Shown piece after piece: positions 1-13,700 of a stretch of 64,000 nt of DNA. Source of the DNA: an uncultured virus (IMG/VR IMGVR_UViG_3300045016_000288) (taxonomy: Duplodnaviria; Heunggongvirae; Uroviricota; Caudoviricetes); IMG/VR virus record IMGVR_UViG_3300045016_000288, one strand, 5' to 3'. A program made the translations under genes and the position numbers. The notes beneath the pieces are model-generated. The model did no database searches. It saw nothing but the letters and a program-made list of their open reading frames with translations, and was not told the DNA's origin. The first letter of the stretch is position 1; the number at the start of each line of letters is the position of its first letter.

Positions 1-12
1 TACGAAACGGCG

Positions 13-1749
13 GTGCGCGAGGCTATGGATCGTCGGCAGGCTGAGGAAGCAATGGCCCGGCTTAGAATTGACATTGCAAGCCGAGAGAGCCTGGCCAAAC
101 AGGCGGAACAGGCGGCGGCAGCGCGGCTGGCCCTGGATATTGCAAGCCGGGAAAAGCTAGCCGAAGAGGCAGCGCAGAACGCCCGCGCCCTCGCCGAACA
201 GCGGCAGTGGTTTGAAGGCGATCTGGCGTGGCGGCAGGCATCCGAACAGGCGGCACTAAGAAAGGTGGAACTCGAAAGCCAAGAGGCCGTTGCGATGCGA
301 AACATTCTGGCGGCGGGGAGACGGCAAGAATTGGGCAACATAAGCGCCGAGAGAATTGCCCAAATCCAGGCAGAGTCAGGACTAGGAAGCCGAAGGGAGG
401 CTTACGCAAGATTGGGCATCTATAGGCATCCTGATGAGTCCGACCAAGAGTACCTTGACCGCGCTGAGAAAGAAAGCCAGGAAAGGTACCAAGCTGAGGT
501 TGGGTTTTTAACTAGAGAGGCTGCCAGGCTCCAACAGACTATAACAACCCAACAAGAAGCGTACCAGAAGCAAATGCTTCCCACTTATGAAAAGTTGGCC
601 AGTTTGACTGACAGTGGCTATCCTATCTCTGACAACATGGGCAAGGACGGCACACGCGCTCTCAGGAAAGCCCGAACTATCACGGAAAATGCTGACAAAA
701 CCGATATTGAGTTGCTGCGGGAGATCGCACGTGGTTATATTTTCTATCCAGGACACCGTGCAAATAAAGAAGAGCAAGCTGACGCTAGATCAATCTTAAA
801 CACCTATGATGCCAGGCTTAGTGTGTTAAGGGGCGCACCGGCACCGGCTAACAGCGCCGAGGGTCTTGCGATCAACCAAGCCCAAAAGGGGCTACAGTTG
901 ATTGAGGCTCACTTGATAAACCTGCCAGTCAAGTTCCCCGTGGCTTATGGGCGACCAGGCGCAGCGCGTGCAGCGGGAGAGGGGGCTGGTGTAGCCGCGC
1001 CAGGTGCAGTCGCGCCTGGCGCTGCGGCCATAGGGACTGTGCCGAACCTGCCCAGCACCGCGCCTTTTGCGACAAATGCATTGGCGGCCCCAGGCCCAGC
1101 CCTGACGAACGCAGTTGCGGTGCCTGCTCCCAGCGCGACAAACGCATTGGCGGCCCCAGGCCCAGCCCTGACGAACGCAGTTGCGGTGCCTGCTCCCAGC
1201 GCGGGAACACCAGGTGCGGGATGGTTGGACAACATCACGACTCCGACCCCTGCCGCTCCCGTTTCAATGACAGTGTTGCCAGGGGGGCGCTCTCCCTTCG
1301 ATTATGACTTGTCTAACCTGAACGGCCTAAATCAACCGTTCTACCCAGGGGCATCTCCAATCGGGACGGCGGCACCGACGGTCACAAACCGGCCACCTGC
1401 CCCGTTGCCGCCACGCCGCGTTCGTCCGGCGGCACCGACTAACGCGCCTCCAGCAGGGGTGGTCACTCCGATGTTGCCGCAAGTACCGGCGGCAACACCA
1501 GGCGCATACCCGACAAATATGCCAGTGCTGCCAGCACCCATTGCAGTCGCACCCGGGCACGGTATTGATCAGGCAATCCGGGATGCCGCCTACGCCGCCT
1601 ATGGCCTGCCCAGTCCGGAGGCTGGAGCCGTCTTTCCAGCCGCGTTGCCTAACGTGCCTAACTTGCCTTGGCCGCCGCCGGCGCCTTACGAGTACCCGCC
1701 ATTCGGCAGCGGCGCCTATATCCCTTTGCGAGGATGGCCTTACCAATAA
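13..1749 (+). CDS. Putative internal virion/ejection protein (coiled-coil N-terminus, Pro/Ala-rich C-terminus); may be 5'-truncated
   Basis: 578-aa ORF directly upstream of the giant ORF; composition and position only. Confidence 0.5.
   Translation: MREAMDRRQAEEAMARLRIDIASRESLAKQAEQAAAARLALDIASREKLAEEAAQNARALAEQRQWFEGDLAWRQASEQAALRKVELESQEAVAMRNILAAGRRQELGNISAERIAQIQAESGLGSRREAYARLGIYRHPDESDQEYLDRAEKESQERYQAEVGFLTREAARLQQTITTQQEAYQKQMLPTYEKLASLTDSGYPISDNMGKDGTRALRKARTITENADKTDIELLREIARGYIFYPGHRANKEEQADARSILNTYDARLSVLRGAPAPANSAEGLAINQAQKGLQLIEAHLINLPVKFPVAYGRPGAARAAGEGAGVAAPGAVAPGAAAIGTVPNLPSTAPFATNALAAPGPALTNAVAVPAPSATNALAAPGPALTNAVAVPAPSAGTPGAGWLDNITTPTPAAPVSMTVLPGGRSPFDYDLSNLNGLNQPFYPGASPIGTAAPTVTNRPPAPLPPRRVRPAAPTNAPPAGVVTPMLPQVPAATPGAYPTNMPVLPAPIAVAPGHGIDQAIRDAAYAAYGLPSPEAGAVFPAALPNVPNLPWPPPAPYEYPPFGSGAYIPLRGWPYQ
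1069..1203 (+). repeat. 66-bp in-frame tandem duplication (ATNALAAPGPALTNAVAVPAPS x2)
   Basis: 1069-1134 and 1135-1200 differ at one base (aat/aac). Confidence 0.95.
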
Positions 1750-1761
1750 CTGTGACTTGCC

Positions 1762-4700
1762 ATGCCACAAACGCCATACGTAACATGGTATCGCAGCCAA
1801 AACCAGGCGGACACCAGGACCGACGAACAGATTGTCGATCATGCCGTCGAAACGATTGGTCGCCAACAACTCCTGGAACTCGGCTATGATGAAGACCTGG
1901 CCGATTACGATACTCGGCACCCGCAAACTCCGCTAGGGCCAGCCCCAGCCATTCTTGGTCCATCTCAGTTCGGGCCGCCGGAGGTTGCGGCACCGGTTCA
2001 TCCGTGGTCAGACTCCGGTGGGTTTGGCGGTGGGTTTGGGATCCCATTCACGCAGCGTGGCCGCTGGATACGGGCCGCCGCCGAATTAGGGGCCTTGCCG
2101 TACATCGAGGCAGCGAGGACCCTTCCTGGCGGCATAGACATCGCTGAGGCGAAACTCTACGAAGCCGCCCAGGCCATAGTCAATCTGCCCGAGCACGTTC
2201 AATTGGCGTTGTTCACCGGGCTGAAGGGAGGGGCAGTCGGTGTGCCTTTGGCAGTAGCCGAAATCGCAGCGCGGCCGGTAGCTGAGGCACTAGGGCTGGA
2301 GGGAATCATCAAACCGAGGTCACCCGAGGCTGCTCTCTTGCAAGCCGTCAAGCCCGGCCTGAATGACTGGCTGGAGGATCGGTATCGGGCTAATATCGAG
2401 GAGGCTGCCAGGGCATTACCCAAGGTTGGTGACATCACGCAGATTCGCACACCGGAGGAATTCGCGCTTTGGGTGGGCGGCCAGGTAGGGCAGCAAAGCC
2501 CACAATTTGCTGGTTCAATTATTAGCGGGATGGTGGGCCGTCAGGCGGGTATGTTTGCCTGGTCGTGGGCTCAGAATCAGAACTACCATGATCTGCTTGA
2601 TCTTGGCGTGAGCCCTGAGAAAGCTGCTGTCCTGGCATCTCTCCAAGCAATTCCTGCTGCCTTCCTCGACACGCTGGTTCCCAGCCGGATTCTAAAGGCT
2701 GGCAAAGCAAAACCGACAGCCGGCCCGCGACCAACGCCGGAAACAAGGTTTGCCACAAAAGAGACACTTAAGATATTCGGCGTGGACTTATTCCTGGAAG
2801 GCGTTACCGAGACCGGGCAGGAGTTTCTGGGGATACTTGCTGAAGTGATTGCCGAGCCTAAAGTGCTCAATAACCCGAAGAAACGCGAGGAATACAAATC
2901 GCGTATAAAAAACTCGGCTGCGGCAGGATGGTTGTTGGGGTTGTTAGGGGGAGGGGCGGAACACGGATTCGCACGATGGCAGGCAGAACGCGCTATCGCA
3001 CGAGCCAGGAAAGCCGATAGACAGCTTGAGTCTGAATTGCCAAGTATCTCTGATGCCGCCCAAGCGCAATACAAGACCTCCGGCGACTGGTACGCGGATG
3101 TCCGTACGGCGCTAACAGAGGCGGTTAAAAAGGGAAAGGAATCACCCGATCTCCATGTTATAGTTGCCGTTAGCGACAGACCTCGCGCAGGCGAGGGCCG
3201 TTTCAGGATCATGACCAGGGACAAGGTGGCGCCTGAGAAAGGAGAAATACCTCCAGTTATAGTCCCACCAGACAGCGTTGACCTTGGCGATGGTGTCGTT
3301 GTCGGGCCTGGCAACACGGTAGTGACCACTAGAGGCCGTCAGGTTATAGCAAGAAGAGTGTTTCGGCAGGAAGATGATGGCAATGTCTATGTTATATCCG
3401 GGAAGAATGATGATCCTGTTGAAGTTGACATAGAAGATACAAAGACTTTGTCTGCAACGCTACGCGCTCGGGCAGCCGCCGTCGCGCCGCCCGCGCCAGA
3501 GCCAGAGCCTACTCCTGGCGAAGCACCGCCTGAGACACCGCCTAGTGGTGCCCCGTTAGCACCGTTATATCCAGGAAGAACACAACCGTTTAAGCTGACC
3601 GATACGTGTTTCCTTGAAGTTGGTGACGAAGTCATGCTCAATGACGGCAGGCGTGTTGTGTCTTCAGGTTTTAGTCGCGGGGATGGCGGTGAGCCGCTTG
3701 TTGTCTTCCCAGGTCAGCGTCACTTCGTTGACATTGATGTGGATGCTACAGTGGAACTCCGTAAAGAGGTTAGGGCAAAGCGACAAAAAGAGGCAGAAGC
3801 AGCAGCGCCGACGGCACCGATTGAAGTAGTGGTTTCCCCACCCTTCGTTGCACAGGGGAGTGGACGCCTTGGCAAGTGGAGTACAAAGGCAAGAAGGCAT
3901 GGACGATCAGCGGACGGGGGAACTCACTTCTTTCTAACCGTAAGGGAAGAATTGTTCGACACTCAGGATGAGGCAGAAGCCCGTGCGGCTGAGATGCGAG
4001 CCGAGTATGCCGAGACACAACCCCCTAGTGAAACTCCACCGGCTGCGCCACCGGTTCCTGTTCCTGCACCACCGCCGGTTCCGCCATCGCCGCCAGCAGC
4101 CCTGCCAATCGCAAACATAGAAGAGGTTGATGCTCTGGTTGCCGAAGTCCGCCGTATGGCGGCCGAGGACTGGTTTGTAAGAGGGCAGCAGACCTTGGCC
4201 CATAAAGCGTGGCGCGTGGCGAACTATATGTTTAGCGACTACCCGCAACGGGTCCAAGCCCTGATTGATCAGGAGGTGGATCAATACCCTCAATTAGAGC
4301 CGTTTTACCATGCTCTTCATCGCTTGTTAACGCTTTACCGTGACTGGATCAGAACCGAACCAGAAGAGCAACGCAACGCACGGGCACTGAGAGCATTTGA
4401 GCAAGCTGAGTGGATGTTGGAGAGAGAGCAAAGACGCCCACACGAAGCCCAACAGATAGAAGATGAGCTAAGTGGGCTTCCGCCCGGCGACCAAGAGGCA
4501 ACCCGTGCCGCCATGGTCCTGGTCCGGAAACTACACGGTCTAGAAAGGAGGCAAGAACAACATGCCACTGAACAAAGGCAGATCGAAGAAGGTCGTATCC
4601 CAGAACATCCGAGAGCTCCTGAAGGCGTACCGGGCGAGTGGCCGGATCGGGTCCAGCCGACCCCAGTCGTTGCGGAAGGCCCAGAAGCAGGCCGTGGCCA

Positions 4701-7700
4701 TCGCGTTGAAGAAGGCCGGGCGGTCACGCCGCCAGCGCCAGCGCCGACGCCAACGCCGCCGGTAACACCAGTCGCAGCCGTTACGCCGCCTGCCGTTCCG
4801 TCACCAACGGTTCCCACACCAACAGTTCCGCCGCCGCCGCCGGGTGCGCCGCCTGTTGTACCGCCGCCACCGCCAGGGAGGGCGCCGGCGGCCCCAACTC
4901 CGGCTCCTCCGGCACCAACTGCGCCAACAGGGGCGCTCGCCGGAATAACTGGGCCTACGCTTACGATCACGCAAACTGGTCTAACCTTCAGGCAACCCGG
5001 ACCACATCCCGAGCGCAACGATATATTGCGCACATTCGCCACCTATGACCCTTTGACTAGGGAATGGCGGGCAAGTTGGGAGTCGCTTGAGCGGAGGGGC
5101 CTGACCGGCTTTGACGTGGTCCAGCTAATGGGGGCCGCGCCTTTTGCTGAAACCCGTATCGTGCAACAGGCTTCCCTTCCCTCCGGCCACGATCTTACCT
5201 ATGCTCAATTACAGGCGCACCGAGCCGCCATGGGCGTCCCGGCGGCTGGGCGGCGGGGTCCGCTGGCCACAATCACCGTTCATTCCAGCCCAACCAGCGA
5301 GCACCAGGGGATCGTGATTCAGCAGACAAAGGCAAACCGGAGCAAACCCGCGTATGCGCGCTTGTTGATGGAGTTGGGTTTTCGTCGTCATATCGCCGTT
5401 GGATTAAGGGGCGCCATGATTTACCGGTGGAGCCAGTTGCCAGTGGAAAATCGCCAGCAGGCAGCCCGCGATCTTCTGGCGCGGGTCCGCTCCATCTACC
5501 GAGACAACGTGACGGTTGAGAACGAGGAGGGCCTTGAAAACATCCCACCGAGCCCGGAATCGCCGGAGAGTTCCGCTGCTGCCACCGAGGCCGCTAGCAC
5601 TGGGCGCCGGGGTGTTATGCGGCAGCCAGCCGATGGCACGCCTACTATCACATGGGAAGCGAGCCTGCCGGCTACAACCAAGACCGAGTTCACGGACCAC
5701 CTAAAAGCTGTTTGCAAGGAGTTAGGCATCAGCGTTTATGCTCGCCGGGGCGGTGTGTGGCATTTTGGGCGGGGTCTGACCCCGGAGAAATGGGCTGCGC
5801 TTAAGGAGCGGATGCGCGTTCAGCATGGAGAACGGCTGGTTATCGAGGAAACAGTACGCGCAACAGAACAGCCGGCAACGACGCTGGGCGTCCCATACGA
5901 CATCTCCCAACCAGCACCACCAGGCATCGTGGCATGTGAAGCTACTACCCTCCCCAAGGGTGCCACGTTTGCTGCTGGTGGAAAGGCCTATCGCGCTGAG
6001 GGCGTTGAGGGTGGCCTGGCGATTTTCACTGATCTCAGCACGAATACCAGGGTTACGCTTTTGGCAACCGGCAGGGTGTTTATTGAGCGTGGCACAATCC
6101 AGGCACCCCCACCATCTGAACCTACTCCGCCAGCCCAAACGGCTATAGAGGAGGAGGGCGAGGAGGAAGAAGGGCCGTTCTCCATTATACTGCCGGAGGA
6201 AGCAGGAGAGCCAGCGGTTGCGGCACAACCAAAACCAGAACCGATCAAGGTAGAGAGCAGATTAGCTTTGGCGAAACGCAGGATTATTGACTTGAGCAAG
6301 ATCGTAACGACTGTTCTTGCCAAGGTTGGAGCAAAACCATTTGAGCCAGGGCAAGAAGCTGCGTCTGCGGAGGCCATCAACCAAGCCCGGGCCGAACTTG
6401 CACGGGCGGAAGAGCAATGGAAGACAGCCAGGGCATCCTGGGCTGCAACCCTTGCCGAACGCCTGGCCTTGATCAGGGCGGCGACAGAAGAGGAGGCATC
6501 CCCCCAGCTTGGCCGCGCATGGGACAATATGTATCCATCAATGGTGCGGCAGCCGATGGAAGCAATCACCAAGAAGCTTGCCGACGAGGTTGGAGCACAG
6601 ATTGTGGATGTTGAGTATGAAGAAGGCGGCAAGAAAACAAGATCAAAAATATGGCAGTGGCCGCCCGGCAAGACCCCTTCCACGGAAGAGGCCGGCGTGG
6701 CGCAAGCCAAACTCGCACATGCGGAACAGGGCTTGACCTATGCGTTAGCCATGGCCTGTCGGGAAACCGGCTTTGACTCAAAAGTTTACAACGAGGCACT
6801 TCGGCAGTTCACCGCGCTGGCGAACGCACTCAATAAAGCTGAGGATGATTACAACCAGAAAACTCTCGTTGTGGAGGCGCTCGAATCAATGCACGACAAA
6901 CGGCGGGCTGCAACGATCATCAAGAGCGCGCCGCGGTTGATTGCGTCGATGGAACAACAGGCAGACCTCGTCCTGGCTGGAGAGAGCGCGGAGCAATTTG
7001 ATGCTTCGTTGATTGCCCATGTCCAGGCTGCCTACCTGACGGGATATGTGCAGCATGATGAGGCGATTAGTTTGTTAAAGGAAGTGATGATCAAGCCGCC
7101 CGCGATGCCTAAAGAAGCGGGTCGCCCTGCAACTCTACCTGAGCAAAAGGCGCGTCAGGCGGCTATTGAACAAGCTCGCAAAGAGGCTGCCCCGGCCCAA
7201 GCCGCCCAAGCCCTTGCCGCAGAAGAGGCTATAAACAGCCTTGATATTAGCGGCGCGCCTGCTTTGTTAGGCTTTGGTGTCGAAGTTCCTGCGCCGCCAA
7301 AGGTTGAAACCGCGCCTGGCCCAAGGAAAGAGCAGGCGAAGGCTCGGCTTCTAAGGAGCATCACGGCGGACTTGTTGGCTCACCGGAGTTCACGGCTGGA
7401 GGAGGGTGGAGCGCGGGTTGGGCCGGTCGGCAAAGCTTGGGACGTGCTCAAAGCTTTCGCGGCATCTGTTGCCGAATCGGGATGGCGCGCGCTTTTGACT
7501 CCTACCGCGAATGAAAAGGCGATTGCGGGAAAAGGGCGCAAGCTGGCTCTCGCCTTGTTGCGGAAATACGAAATAGACCTGGGAACGATTTCTGCGTGGA
7601 CCGAGGTCAGCGGGGCAGTGGATGATGCTATTAAGGCCCTAGCGAAAGCGGTCGCGGATAAAGGGTGGATGACTCTTTTCCGAGCTAGCCCGGACGAGGA

Positions 7701-10700
7701 CGCGCTGGTTGGTGAGGGTCGCAGGTTGATGTTTAGTAACCTGCGGTGGAAATCCCTGGAAATGGATGTCGCAAGTTCGTGGGCGCCTCCGAGCGAGGAA
7801 GACGCCCAGAATATACAATCGCTGGCTAGAACAGTGGGGGAACATGGGTTGACGGCGCTTTTCCGGGCGGTTCCCAACGAAGATCAATCAACAACCAGAG
7901 GTCGGAGCTTTCTTCGTAAGGCGCTACGGGAGCATTCACCGCTGTTAAAGGAACAAAACATTGAGGCCAGACTTCGTGCGCACAGCGATGCTCTTAGGGC
8001 GTTAGCCGGACATATTGCAGAAAGAGGTTGGTCGGCGTTGTTCCGACCCGACCCGACTGATTCTGAGCTTATATCAAAGGGGCGCCAAATAGTTCACGCG
8101 GTTCTAGGATGGCGATCTGATCCTTTGTGGGCAGGGGCGGCCTTGCCCAGACTCAGCCCGAGGGAAAAGCTAGCCATTGACGCGCTGGCGGAGGCCATCT
8201 TGGAATACGGATGGGGCGCGCTCTACGATTTGATTCCCAGGGAACACGCACTGGTGACGGAGGGTCGGCGACAGATACTTGGGCCATATAAGAAATCCCG
8301 CCAAACTCGCCGCGCCAAGTCCCTAAAAGAGCAGCCACTGACAGACAGGCTCCGGGAACGCGCCGAAAACAAGGGGCTTAAGCTGAGCGACAAGGATTTG
8401 GAGTTTGTTGCCCGCATTATTCTTGCGGGGCGATTGGACATAGACCAAGCCCTGGCGATGTTCGTGAAGGCAGGAAAGCGCGTGGCGCCGGAGATGTCAC
8501 AGCTATCCCCAAGCACGGTATCCTTGTGGGCGATGGCCAAGCGGTTCGGATTTGATGTTGGCTTCGAGCATCTTGCGATTATCGACAACCTCGTGCGCAC
8601 GACTGGGGTGGATATGTTCCATCTTTCAGCCGAGCTAGACAAACTCGGGGTGAAACGGCGTATAGGGTGGGAAACAAGCCCTGGGCGCCAGCCGCTAACC
8701 GCTCCAAAGACGCTAGAGGATGTCGTCAAGTGGGTGGATGACCTGGCACCAACCCTTCTGGAAGGGTTATGGCTCATTAGTCAACAGGCACGGGTGGAAC
8801 ATGCCAAAGGCACGCCTCTGCTAACCGTTGAACAGCGCGATGCGTTGGCCAAACAACTCAACATCACCATTACCGATCAAGAGCGCGCTCGGGTTAAGCA
8901 GGCTCTTAACCAGTTGGTGAGACTGATCGTCTGGGAGTACACCGGCGATGAGGTAAGAGAGAAATGGAAGAAGATATACACCGAAAACGCCGACACGGAT
9001 GACGTGGTGTTGTCTTGGCTGATCGCTGAGCGGCTCTGGACTCCGAGCGAGGCAACCAGGGCCGTCTATGATCGGACTGTGGGCAACCCCAGTAAGGGTA
9101 TAAATCCGATTAGCACACTAGATGATCTACTGGTTGAGCTAGAGACAATCGGTGAGGAGGTAAGCGACGAGGCGCTCGGAACCATTGGGTACAGCCACGA
9201 GTATCGGAAGGGCTTGATCAAGGGGGTGCGTGAATCCATACGAACATCCACTTTGCCTTCTTACGAGAAAAGAGTATTTGGGTTCGGCCACTATTGGACA
9301 GCCATCCGCTTTCTGGTCATGGCTGACACGGTGAAGGGATACCAGGAAAGGGTGCTGCCTCGCCGTCCAACGGAAAACGCCGTTGCGATTCCCACACCTG
9401 ACCAGCTTGATGTCGAGCAGGCCTTTTCGCCAGTCACCCAACTGCCGCCGGAGATCATGCTGGCCTACCTCAAAGAAAGCAGGCCGGCGGAGAAAACGAA
9501 GTTGCTGCGGATGATTGGGGATAGGCTTTATGGATGGCTGCCGGTTGTGTCTGGTGGCGAGACACAGCCGATGTCCGGGGCGGTTCCCAAGGCTAAATCT
9601 CAGGCTGGCCGGACCCGTCGGCTGGTGGCCATGCGTTATCATCGTGTGATTAGGGATGAACAAGGGATGGCGGTGGACGTGGAGCCGGTGCATGTATTAG
9701 TGGCAATCTGGCCTGGGTGGGACACGAAAACTCAAACAAACGTCTATTATGTCACCGACCCAAGACCCGGCTGGGAGTCGGTACAAGGCCGGTCTAAACC
9801 TTGGCCAACTCAATGGTTGCCGGTGATTGAGAAGGGTCAACAGACTGTAGTGTCTGTCCCTAAATGGAGAGCGATCCGGCTTGATGAACTGATTGGTGAT
9901 GGGTACATGCCGGTGGCGTCTTACCTGTTTGAACGCGCCTGGGACCGAAAAGCGCATTGGTTTGACTATCACCGCGGCCAAGCTGACCCATATGTTATTT
10001 GGCATGACGCAGCTAAGGCATTGTACCAGTCCACTTTAGATGAAACCGCCCTGGGGCCTGGGAAGGAAACGGGACGTGCGGAGGATGAAGGAACATGGGA
10101 GGCGGAACAATTCGAAAAGGGAATGGCCGAGGCCCATGACGCGGTGCTGCGGGAGCAGTTAATTCAGGCAGCAATAGCAGATTTAAGGGAGGCTGAGGCC
10201 GACAAAAGACCTACGGAGCGATTGACAGACGAGGAGGTGGAGCAACGCGCTGGGGAAATTGTTGATGAAAAACTGCGTCAGGAAGCTGAGGCTGAAGGCG
10301 CCCTTCCAACCCTAGCCGAGGCCGAAGGCGAAGTTCCAGCCCCCGGGGAGGTTCCTGCTGGACCGAAGACCGCAGGACAAGAATTCCTCGCGGAAGCATG
10401 GGAGATGCGAAAGCGGCTGAAAGCAGTTCAAGCAATCGAAACATTTCCGCTCACGGAAAAACTTCTCGCGCTTCTTGCCTCTGCGGAACCGACACCGAAA
10501 GTTCCTAAGTCAGAGACGGCTGTTGAGGCTCTCTATGGCGGACAAGTCCCTGCTGGTCTCACGGAGGAAAGCGTTTTGGCCCGGTTAGCGGCCCTGGACA
10601 CACTTACCGAAGCGCAGGCCCGCGAGCTTGTGTCCTGGCTGGCCGAAGCTAAAGGCTACGAGTGGAGGGGGAGCCTGGACCACCTGGTGAAGGCCATCGA

Positions 10701-13700
10701 GATTCTGCTTCCCGCTGGGAGGCATGTAGGTCGAACGAGACAGCTCAGTCCATTGGAGATTTTCGCCGCTAAGCTGATGCAGCGCGGGATGATGCAGAGG
10801 GGGATGCCACGCTGGCGGATAATGTACCAGGCAAAGTACATGCTGGCCCGCGCACTGCAAGACGTGATGCGCACTGCGTTTGATCTGCCGGCGATGCTCG
10901 CTTGGCATGGCGCTGGCAAGCCCAGGCCTCGGGTACAAGCCGCGTTAGGCGGGTTTGACGAGGTCAGGCAACTCATTCAGCGTGCGGCAAACCTGCCAAG
11001 CCGCCCGCGTAAAGAACCCGCCGCTCCCATCTCAGTTGCACCGCCTGCCGCCACAACGCCTTCGGCGGGCGTGGAGGCGGAAGATGCTCTTCTGAGGAGC
11101 CTGGGCATTAAAATTATCGGGCCGACTGCGGTAACAACGCCAGTGCGGCCGGAGACACCGACTGAACGGTTCTTCCGTGTTCTTCTGGCGAACTTAAGAT
11201 TGCCCGGCTCCACAATTAGCGCGGACCAACTGCAAGCAGCACTTCTATTTGATCGGCCGAAAGAACAACTGCGAACACTGCTCAACGCATTGGTGGAGAT
11301 GGGCGATCTTGAGAAGGTTTACGTGCCGCAGTTTGTCAGACGAAAAGCTGGCGTTGCCAAGCAGAACATTGAGGCGTTTACCCTTACCCAGCAAGGCCGA
11401 CTTGCGCCACGGCATTTGGGTTGGGGCACGCTGCCTGCGCGAGTCCCGGATGGTCCGGCAGGTGGCGCGCGTCCTGTGCCGCCGGATGTGGCTGACAGGA
11501 CCTCGCCGCTTGTCGAGCCAGGTCCGTTGGCTGATGCTTGGGAGACGGCTCCGGACGATGTTCGTCTCCGGTTCCAGAATGTCCTTCGGGCGCTGCGAGC
11601 CGCCGGGATTGAGCCGCTGATCTTTTTCCGCACGATCAACGGCCTTCCCGCCGGCGTAAAAGGACGCGCAGTCTTCCGTTTGCGCCAGCTAATCGTGTGC
11701 GTCGAGGACGCACTCAATCCATCCCTGACGGAACTCACAATCGCATTCCATGAAGCAGCGCATTTTGTGCTTCACTTTGAGTCAAAGGCGACAGCCGAGC
11801 GGGTGCTTGCCGCCCTGGATAGCCTTGGCGTTGAGGGGCTTCAAAAGCTGCTTGGCAATGTCGGGCAGCGTTTGGGCCGTGTTGTTGGCGGCAAGATTGT
11901 TCCGGCGGAAGGCCGCACCCTGACGGTTGAAATGTTGGTGGAATCAGTTGCCCGACACTTGGTGGAGTCTGGGTTTGACCCAGCCCAGGCTATGTCGCTT
12001 TCGGAGAAAATCTGGGCTTATCTCCGGGACATTTACTACCGGGTGGCCTTGGCTTTTCAGCAGAGCATTCTGGGTAAGCCAAACCCGGCGATGGCGGTCA
12101 GGTGGTTCGAGGAACGAGTCAAGTACATGCTCAGGAACCCGAAGAGTTTCCAGGCGTTTCTTGGCGGTGCAAAAGACAGCCTGGAAAGCAAGGTTGAGCG
12201 CGGGGAGAAGTTGGACGGCAGGGAGACGCTGGCCGTCAACCTTAATCCCGATGGTACCTGGCATGTTTCGCCCCTCCTGGCGTATTCACCAACTGAACTT
12301 GTGGCGAATCTCGCCGGTATTCTGATGTCTCAAGGCGACTTTGAGGGCGCGGCTGCTGTGCTCGACGACCAGCGCCTAATGATGCTCAGGCATGACCAAC
12401 AGGTTTACGGGGTGCCAGACGGGCCGTTCTCGGCTCCAATAACCGAAGGTGGTCCGGCCCGAAACCCGCCGGACCTAATACGCGACGTTGCGGCCTTAAA
12501 TGAGTTTCGAGGAGCGCTGGCTGATGTTCAGGCGGCGTGGGGACGTAGTAACCCCTGGGTACAGGGACTGGCACAGGATGACTGGCTGAAGTGGCTTGGT
12601 GTGTCGCCGCCACAGGAGGGCATTACCCGTCTTGCCCAGAAAGTAACCCAACTCGGGACGCGATTCCCAGGGCCGTTCAATTCAAACGCGAGGCTGAGGG
12701 ACGTTAGCAGCCGCGCCAATCAGCAACTCGTCAATCGCCACTATCTATCGTTGTTGTACAGATTCCGCGCTGACTTGGTTAACATGGCCCGAGGCGCTGC
12801 TGCGCGGGTTCACGAGCTCACGGATAAAAGAAACATACTTCAGGCCATAGAAACCTTACTTGCCACAAGGGCGGTGCAAGCAAGGCAGGCAATGCAGACG
12901 GTGCTCTCGGATATGCGGCGGGTAATTGATCAATCAAGGACCAACGCAATGAGGGGTGTGGAATGGTTTCTTGCGAATGACGATATTGCCGTGCAACTAG
13001 GCACGCTACAACACGCGCAGGACATGCCGAACAGCCAGGCTTACGTCACTCTGCTTAACCAGATATGGGCCGCTTTCAGCGGCGACCCGCAGGCTCTTGA
13101 CGATAAATTGCGACTGCTGAGTCGGCTAGGGCAAGGCCGCAACATCAACTGGGACACAGTTACCGCCGCGGCATTGCGCGAGATGATCGGGCAGCTTCCT
13201 GCGTCTGAGCAGGGGCAGTTCGCGGAATTCACCGCCAACACCGACAGAGCGCGACTGACACTGGCCGCTGTAACCACCTTTATTCATGCTCACTCCGCAT
13301 ACCTGGAGGCCTTGGACGTTGCCATTAACGCAACCCAGGAACAGCGAACGGCTGCTAATAGGGCGTTTGTGGCTCTTGCCGCCCAGAACGTAGTAGAAAT
13401 GGCGAACCTGCAAGCGTCAGTCGCGCAGATACCTGCCATCAAGACGTTGGTTGATAAAATCGTGGCCAACCACCGGAGGCGGCAGGCCCAACTGGAGCGA
13501 TGCGAAGAGAGCCTTCGTAAAGAACAAGCCTTACTAGATTGCCAGCCTGCGTTTGACAGCCTGGAAGCGCATATTGCCGCGGTGGAACGGGATTTGGGTG
13601 TTAACCTTGGCGAAGTAACGATGATCCCCGACGAAGAGTTCCTGCTGCCAACCGATCCAGACCAAGCGCCCGGGGTTGTGCTGGACCCGAAACAATGCCC

